Assembly: GCA_031580945.1 (NCBI GenBank) | Contig: JAVLBT010000002.1 | Coordinates: 5,016-69,015, forward strand | Direction: 5' to 3' | Length of the DNA stretch: 64,000 nucleotides | Source of the DNA: Gracilimonas sp. | GTDB taxonomy: Bacteria; Bacteroidota; Rhodothermia; Balneolales; Balneolaceae | Translations under genes and position numbers: made by a program | The notes under the pieces: generated by a model | Seen by the model: only the letters and a program-made list of their open reading frames with translations | What the model was told of the DNA's origin: nothing | Database searches by the model: none | In this document: positions 59,833 through 64,000 of the stretch, one piece after another | Layout of the letters: every line of letters starts with the position of its first letter | How positions within the stretch are numbered: the first letter of the stretch is position 1

Positions 59833-60870
59833 GTGGAAAACGTCAATCACTCAAACATCGAAGGCTTAAAATCGGGTCCCGTTACGGCGGTGGCGCATTC
59901 CAATATCGCATTGATCAAATATTGGGGAAAGCGTGCTATCAAAAAAAATTTACCCGCGGTTGGTTCCATTTCCCTCACTCTCGATGCCCTTCACACCAAA
60001 ACCACGTTGCAGTTTGATGACACTTTAAAGAAGGATGTATTGATTCTGAATTCCAATGAAGCGGAAGGTAGACCGTTAAATCGTATTTCTGACTTTTTGG
60101 ATTTTACGGTTGGATCAAATAAAAGAGCCAAGGCAAAGATCATTAGTGAAAACAATTTTCCAACCGGAGCGGGTCTGGCTTCTTCAGCATCTGGATTTGC
60201 AGCTCTTGCACTGGCTTTAAATGACAGACTTGGGTTGAACTTAAACCGGAAAGAGCTTTCAGGATTAGCAAGAGAGGGATCAGGCTCGGCGGCTCGATCT
60301 ATTTATGGCGGTTTTGCAGAAATGAAATTAGGACTTAAGGATGATGGGAGCCAGGATATCGCGGTCCAATTAAAAGATGAATCTTACTGGGATGTTCGTT
60401 TGCTTGCAGCCGTCACATCCACCCAAAAAAAAGACCTCGGATCAACGGAAGGAATGAACCGGACAGCTGAAACAGCTCCCTATTATAATGAATGGGTTTC
60501 TTCACAAAACCAAGATATTGAGGATATGAAGAAAGCCATTGTAGCCAAAAATTTTGAAAAAGTCGGGGAATTGACCGAGCACAGCTGTTTTAAGATGCAT
60601 GGACTTGCCATGGCTGCCCGACCTCCAATATTATATTGGAATGCTGCGACCACAGAAACGATTCATAGAGTATGGAAACTTCGACAATCCGGAATTCCAG
60701 CTTTTGTGACCATCGATGCCGGTCCGCAAGTTAAAATTTTGTGCTTGCCAGATTCGGTTTCCCAGATCAAAGAAGCGGTACTGGATGTTGAGGGAGTAGA
60801 ACACATAATTGAAGCAAAGCCGGGGCCGGACGCATATATCGCTGACTCGGATAAAGAAATCATCACATAA
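59833..60870 (+). CDS. mvaD: Diphosphomevalonate decarboxylase
   Basis: NIALIKYWGKR, NNFPTGAGLASSASGFAAL, GSGSAARS, TIDAGPQVK. Confidence 0.95.
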   Translation: MENVNHSNIEGLKSGPVTAVAHSNIALIKYWGKRAIKKNLPAVGSISLTLDALHTKTTLQFDDTLKKDVLILNSNEAEGRPLNRISDFLDFTVGSNKRAKAKIISENNFPTGAGLASSASGFAALALALNDRLGLNLNRKELSGLAREGSGSAARSIYGGFAEMKLGLKDDGSQDIAVQLKDESYWDVRLLAAVTSTQKKDLGSTEGMNRTAETAPYYNEWVSSQNQDIEDMKKAIVAKNFEKVGELTEHSCFKMHGLAMAARPPILYWNAATTETIHRVWKLRQSGIPAFVTIDAGPQVKILCLPDSVSQIKEAVLDVEGVEHIIEAKPGPDAYIADSDKEIIT

Positions 60871-61946
60871 TGGACGATATTACCATCAATGTTTCATCAC
60901 CGGGAAAGCTAATTTTACTGGGTGAATATGCTGTGCTTGAAGGCGCTCCGGCGTTAGTTGCCGCTGTAAATCGACCGTGCGATGTTCAAATTGATACGCT
61001 TTATAACAGCACATTCCAGGTGCGGACGCCTAATCTAAATATTCCCGAAATACAGTTTACCCTCGACTCAGATGGCGACGCCTATTTTCGAACAAATGTT
61101 GATGCTGAGACAGAAGAACAACTCCGATTTGTGTTATGTATTTTGAAATATGTAACCCAGAAAGTTGGTAAAATACCGGGTGCCCGAATTGAAATTAATA
61201 CGTCTTCATTCTACCACCGCGTAACAGGGCATAAATTTGGACTTGGTTCCAGTGCCGCGCTCACGGTTTCTTTATTATCGGGATTGATGGATTATTTGGG
61301 CGTGGAAATGTCGTCCTATGACTTATATAGAGAAGCTTTTCAAGCACACCGATATGCGCAGGGAAAGATGGGTAGCGGAGTGGATATTGCAGCAAGTGCT
61401 ACGGGTGGTATTTTAAGTTATACCATGCCTGACAATCCTGATGACCCCAATGGTACTATTAAGCGTATCGATAGGCCCACAGATCTTTACATGTCATGCA
61501 TATGGGCCGGATATTCGGCCTCAACACGCCATTTTGTGCGAAGTGTGAACACATTCAAAGAAGAGAATCCTGCTGCCTATAATTCAATTATCACAAAAAT
61601 GGCAGATCTCTCAAAAGAAGGAGTGAAGACTTTTGGAGCTGGCGATACGAGCGCTTTCCTTCAGGTTATTTCAGATTATGCTGAATGCGAACGAGAGCTT
61701 GGCAAACAAAGTGGCACGGAGATCATGTCGGATGTACACGAAGAAATTTATTCTATTGTAGAAAATCAGGGTGGAACCTATAAGCCGTCTGGAGCAGGTG
61801 GAGGTGATATTGGGATCGCTTTTTGTAATGATCAGGAAACCATGTACAAGATCAAGCGGGCCATCAATGAAAGTGTATTTGATCTGATGAATCTTGAAGT
61901 TCAACCCGAAGGTATTCAGATCTCCAGAACTCAGGATGTTAGCTGA
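60870..61946 (+). CDS. GHMP kinase, probable phosphomevalonate kinase
   Basis: PGKLILLGEYAVL, KFGLGSSAA, GSGVDIAAS, KPSGAGGGD. Confidence 0.82.
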   Translation: MDDITINVSSPGKLILLGEYAVLEGAPALVAAVNRPCDVQIDTLYNSTFQVRTPNLNIPEIQFTLDSDGDAYFRTNVDAETEEQLRFVLCILKYVTQKVGKIPGARIEINTSSFYHRVTGHKFGLGSSAALTVSLLSGLMDYLGVEMSSYDLYREAFQAHRYAQGKMGSGVDIAASATGGILSYTMPDNPDDPNGTIKRIDRPTDLYMSCIWAGYSASTRHFVRSVNTFKEENPAAYNSIITKMADLSKEGVKTFGAGDTSAFLQVISDYAECERELGKQSGTEIMSDVHEEIYSIVENQGGTYKPSGAGGGDIGIAFCNDQETMYKIKRAINESVFDLMNLEVQPEGIQISRTQDVS

Positions 61947-62002
61947 ACCAGTATTTTTATTTTTAGTATCGCCTACCTCATATTCCCCGAAAATTCAGAT
62001 TC

Positions 62003-64000
62003 ATGAGCAATAACGACAAATCCCGCATCCCCAAATTTTATAAGTACAGCGTTGAAAATCGCCTCGATATTCTGCGAGATAAAGGCATCCTGAATCAGGA
62101 AGATTATATTTCTCTCCGTGAGCAAATGCACCTGTTAACGCAGGATGACGCCGATAAGATGATCGAAAATGTGATCGGGGTATTTGGCCTTCCTATGGGA
62201 TTGGGACTCAATTTTTTGATCAATGATAAACCGTACATCGTGCCGATGGTGGTAGAAGAACCTTCAATATTAGCTGCTGTCAGTTCAGCGGCCAAAGTGG
62301 TTCGAAAAGCCGGCGGATTTCAAGTGGAATCTGATGACCCAATATTGATCGGTCAAATTCAGCTCGTGGATGTGCGTCACCCCATGAAAGTTCGCCATGC
62401 CATATTACAGGATAAACAGGAGATCCTGAATCTTGCCAATAGTCTTCACCCCAACATGGTAAAACGTGGCGGTGGGGCTATTGACCTGGAGGTGATGATT
62501 CATCAGCAGGATCGCCACCCCGGCAGCATGGTGGTCGTTCACTTGCTGGTAGATACGCAGGATGCCATGGGCGCAAACCTGGTGAACAGTATGTGCGAAG
62601 GCGTGGCCTCCCTGGTTGAAAAGATATCCGGTTCCAAAGTATATCTTCGGATCTTGTCGAATTTAACGGATCGGGCCATGGTTCGTGCCAAATGTGAGAT
62701 TCCTACCAAGTATCTGGACTTCAACGATTCTACCGGGAAAGAAGTGCGTGATGGAATTATACGCGCAGCCGAATTTGCTGCCGTGGATCCATACCGCGCT
62801 TCAACCCATAATAAGGGGATCATGAATGGAATCGATCCGCTTGCCATTGCTACCGGCAACGACTGGCGTGCCATTGAAGCAGCTGCCCATGCGTATGCTG
62901 CACGCACCGGACGTTATACATCACTCACCAACTGGTTCAAGAATGAAAACGGAGACCTGGTAGGAACCATCGATATTCCCCTGAAAGTGGGAACCGTAGG
63001 CGGATCGCTGAAATCCAACAAAGCCGTAGGAATTGCACATCGAATTTTAGGGATTGAAAAAGCGACGGAACTGGCTGAAATAATGGGAGCTGTAGGTTTA
63101 GCTCAAAACTTTTCTGCCTTGCGTTCATTGGGAACCGAAGGCATTCAGCGCGGTCATATGACCCTGCATGCACGTAGCGTGGCAAGTACTGCTGGAGCTC
63201 CGGCTGAATTATTTGAACAGGTGCTGGAGCGACTTGTGGAAAGCGGAGAGATCAAAGTGTGGAAGGCCAAAGAGATCATTGCTGAACTTCAGCAAGAACA
63301 AAGTATTGGGCAAGTGTCTGCTCCTGCTGCAGATAAGGATGACGAGATGTCGTTTGGATACGGAAAGATCATCCTGACCGGCGAGCACTCGGTGGTACAT
63401 GGAACCCATGCCGTAGCGGCTCCCATCACTCTAAAAATGAAAGCAAAGGTCTGGGGTCATGATAAAGGCGTTCGCCTTATGATTCCGAGATGGGGCGTGG
63501 AGCAAACACTGGAATTTGGTGCGGATCACCAATTTTCTATTTACCGATCGTTGGAAATGATCCTTGATCATCTTGACCTGCGCGACAAACCCATGAATAT
63601 CGAAGTATTCCCGGAAGTGCCAAGAGCAATGGGAATGGGGGGATCTGCAGCGCTGGCTGTAGCGATCATCCGGGCGCTGAATAAACATTTTGAGCTGGGA
63701 TTAGGAGACGACGATGTTCGCCGATTGTCTTTTGAGTCTGAAAATATTGTCCATGGCGGGGCCTCGGGAATCGATAACACCGTTTCGACCTATGGAAATT
63801 TGATCATGTTCCAAAAAGGAACACCCCCAAAAATGGATATGCTTCATCTGGACGAATCCATCCCAATTGTGATTGGATTGAGTGGGGTGGAAAGTATGAC
63901 ATCCAAGATGGTAAAGCAGGTTCGTGAGCAGGCAAAAAAATATCCAAAATGGTACAAGCAGATCTTTGATCAGATGGATGAATTGGCGCTTGCTTCGAAA
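62003..64000 (+). CDS. mvaA: Class II HMG-CoA reductase fused to a C-terminal mevalonate kinase (runs off window)
   Basis: Own translation from ATG 62003, read as open to the window end: ENVIG, VEEPS, DAMGAN, THNKGIMNG, GNDWRA, GIQRGHM, then in frame GKIILTGEHSVVHG, PRAMGMGGSAA, HGGASGID. Confidence 0.9.
   Translation, partial: MSNNDKSRIPKFYKYSVENRLDILRDKGILNQEDYISLREQMHLLTQDDADKMIENVIGVFGLPMGLGLNFLINDKPYIVPMVVEEPSILAAVSSAAKVVRKAGGFQVESDDPILIGQIQLVDVRHPMKVRHAILQDKQEILNLANSLHPNMVKRGGGAIDLEVMIHQQDRHPGSMVVVHLLVDTQDAMGANLVNSMCEGVASLVEKISGSKVYLRILSNLTDRAMVRAKCEIPTKYLDFNDSTGKEVRDGIIRAAEFAAVDPYRASTHNKGIMNGIDPLAIATGNDWRAIEAAAHAYAARTGRYTSLTNWFKNENGDLVGTIDIPLKVGTVGGSLKSNKAVGIAHRILGIEKATELAEIMGAVGLAQNFSALRSLGTEGIQRGHMTLHARSVASTAGAPAELFEQVLERLVESGEIKVWKAKEIIAELQQEQSIGQVSAPAADKDDEMSFGYGKIILTGEHSVVHGTHAVAAPITLKMKAKVWGHDKGVRLMIPRWGVEQTLEFGADHQFSIYRSLEMILDHLDLRDKPMNIEVFPEVPRAMGMGGSAALAVAIIRALNKHFELGLGDDDVRRLSFESENIVHGGASGIDNTVSTYGNLIMFQKGTPPKMDMLHLDESIPIVIGLSGVESMTSKMVKQVREQAKKYPKWYKQIFDQMDELALASK

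Noticed and set aside
59396-60017. ORFs 59396-59638 and 59736-60017
   Set aside because: No recognisable motifs; the second overlaps mvaD out of frame
62104-63780. Several short ORFs listed in the track
   Set aside because: Shadows of the long HMGR-kinase frame, which the track omitted because it has no stop codon inside the window

Overview
AT-rich bacterial chromosomal window. Gene content (fused ccoNO, SusC/SusD pairs, SprE/PorW-like TPR protein, GWxTD protein, sigma54 activator-lptE cluster) points to the Bacteroidota/Balneolota (FCB) group, probably Balneolaceae; this is inference. From left to right: a cbb3 oxidase operon (Rrf2-ccoI-ccoS-ccoNO-ccoQ), a frameshifted MNT remnant, an acetyl-CoA hydrolase/transferase and purL. 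An accessory block follows (AraC, seven secreted/membrane genes, DoxX, a stand-alone LytTR, SusC/SusD), then an SDR, lat, rocD, tRNA-fMet plus a GIY-YIG gene, and a second SusC/SusD. Housekeeping genes come next (pyk, pyrD, pabB, rpmE, lptE, serS, dusB), followed by a stress cluster (hsp20, dps, osmC, trxA), a probable copper-uptake operon and a mevalonate operon. Main observations: (1) a structured small-RNA candidate at 22400-22486 (-) whose core is complementary at 19/21 nt to the start-codon region of the second susC; (2) a 141-bp palindromic element inserted in frame in ccoI; (3) a GIY-YIG gene whose stop codon lies inside a duplicated tRNA-fMet fragment; (4) an HMG-CoA reductase-mevalonate kinase fusion absent from the ORF track; (5) a Cys/His-rich RPP-ending leader ORF ahead of an OprC-like receptor; (6) shared operator motifs linking the Lrp gene to lat and the sigma54 activator to hsp20; (7) a three-copy palindromic repeat family. 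All family assignments come from motif recognition by eye, with no database searches.
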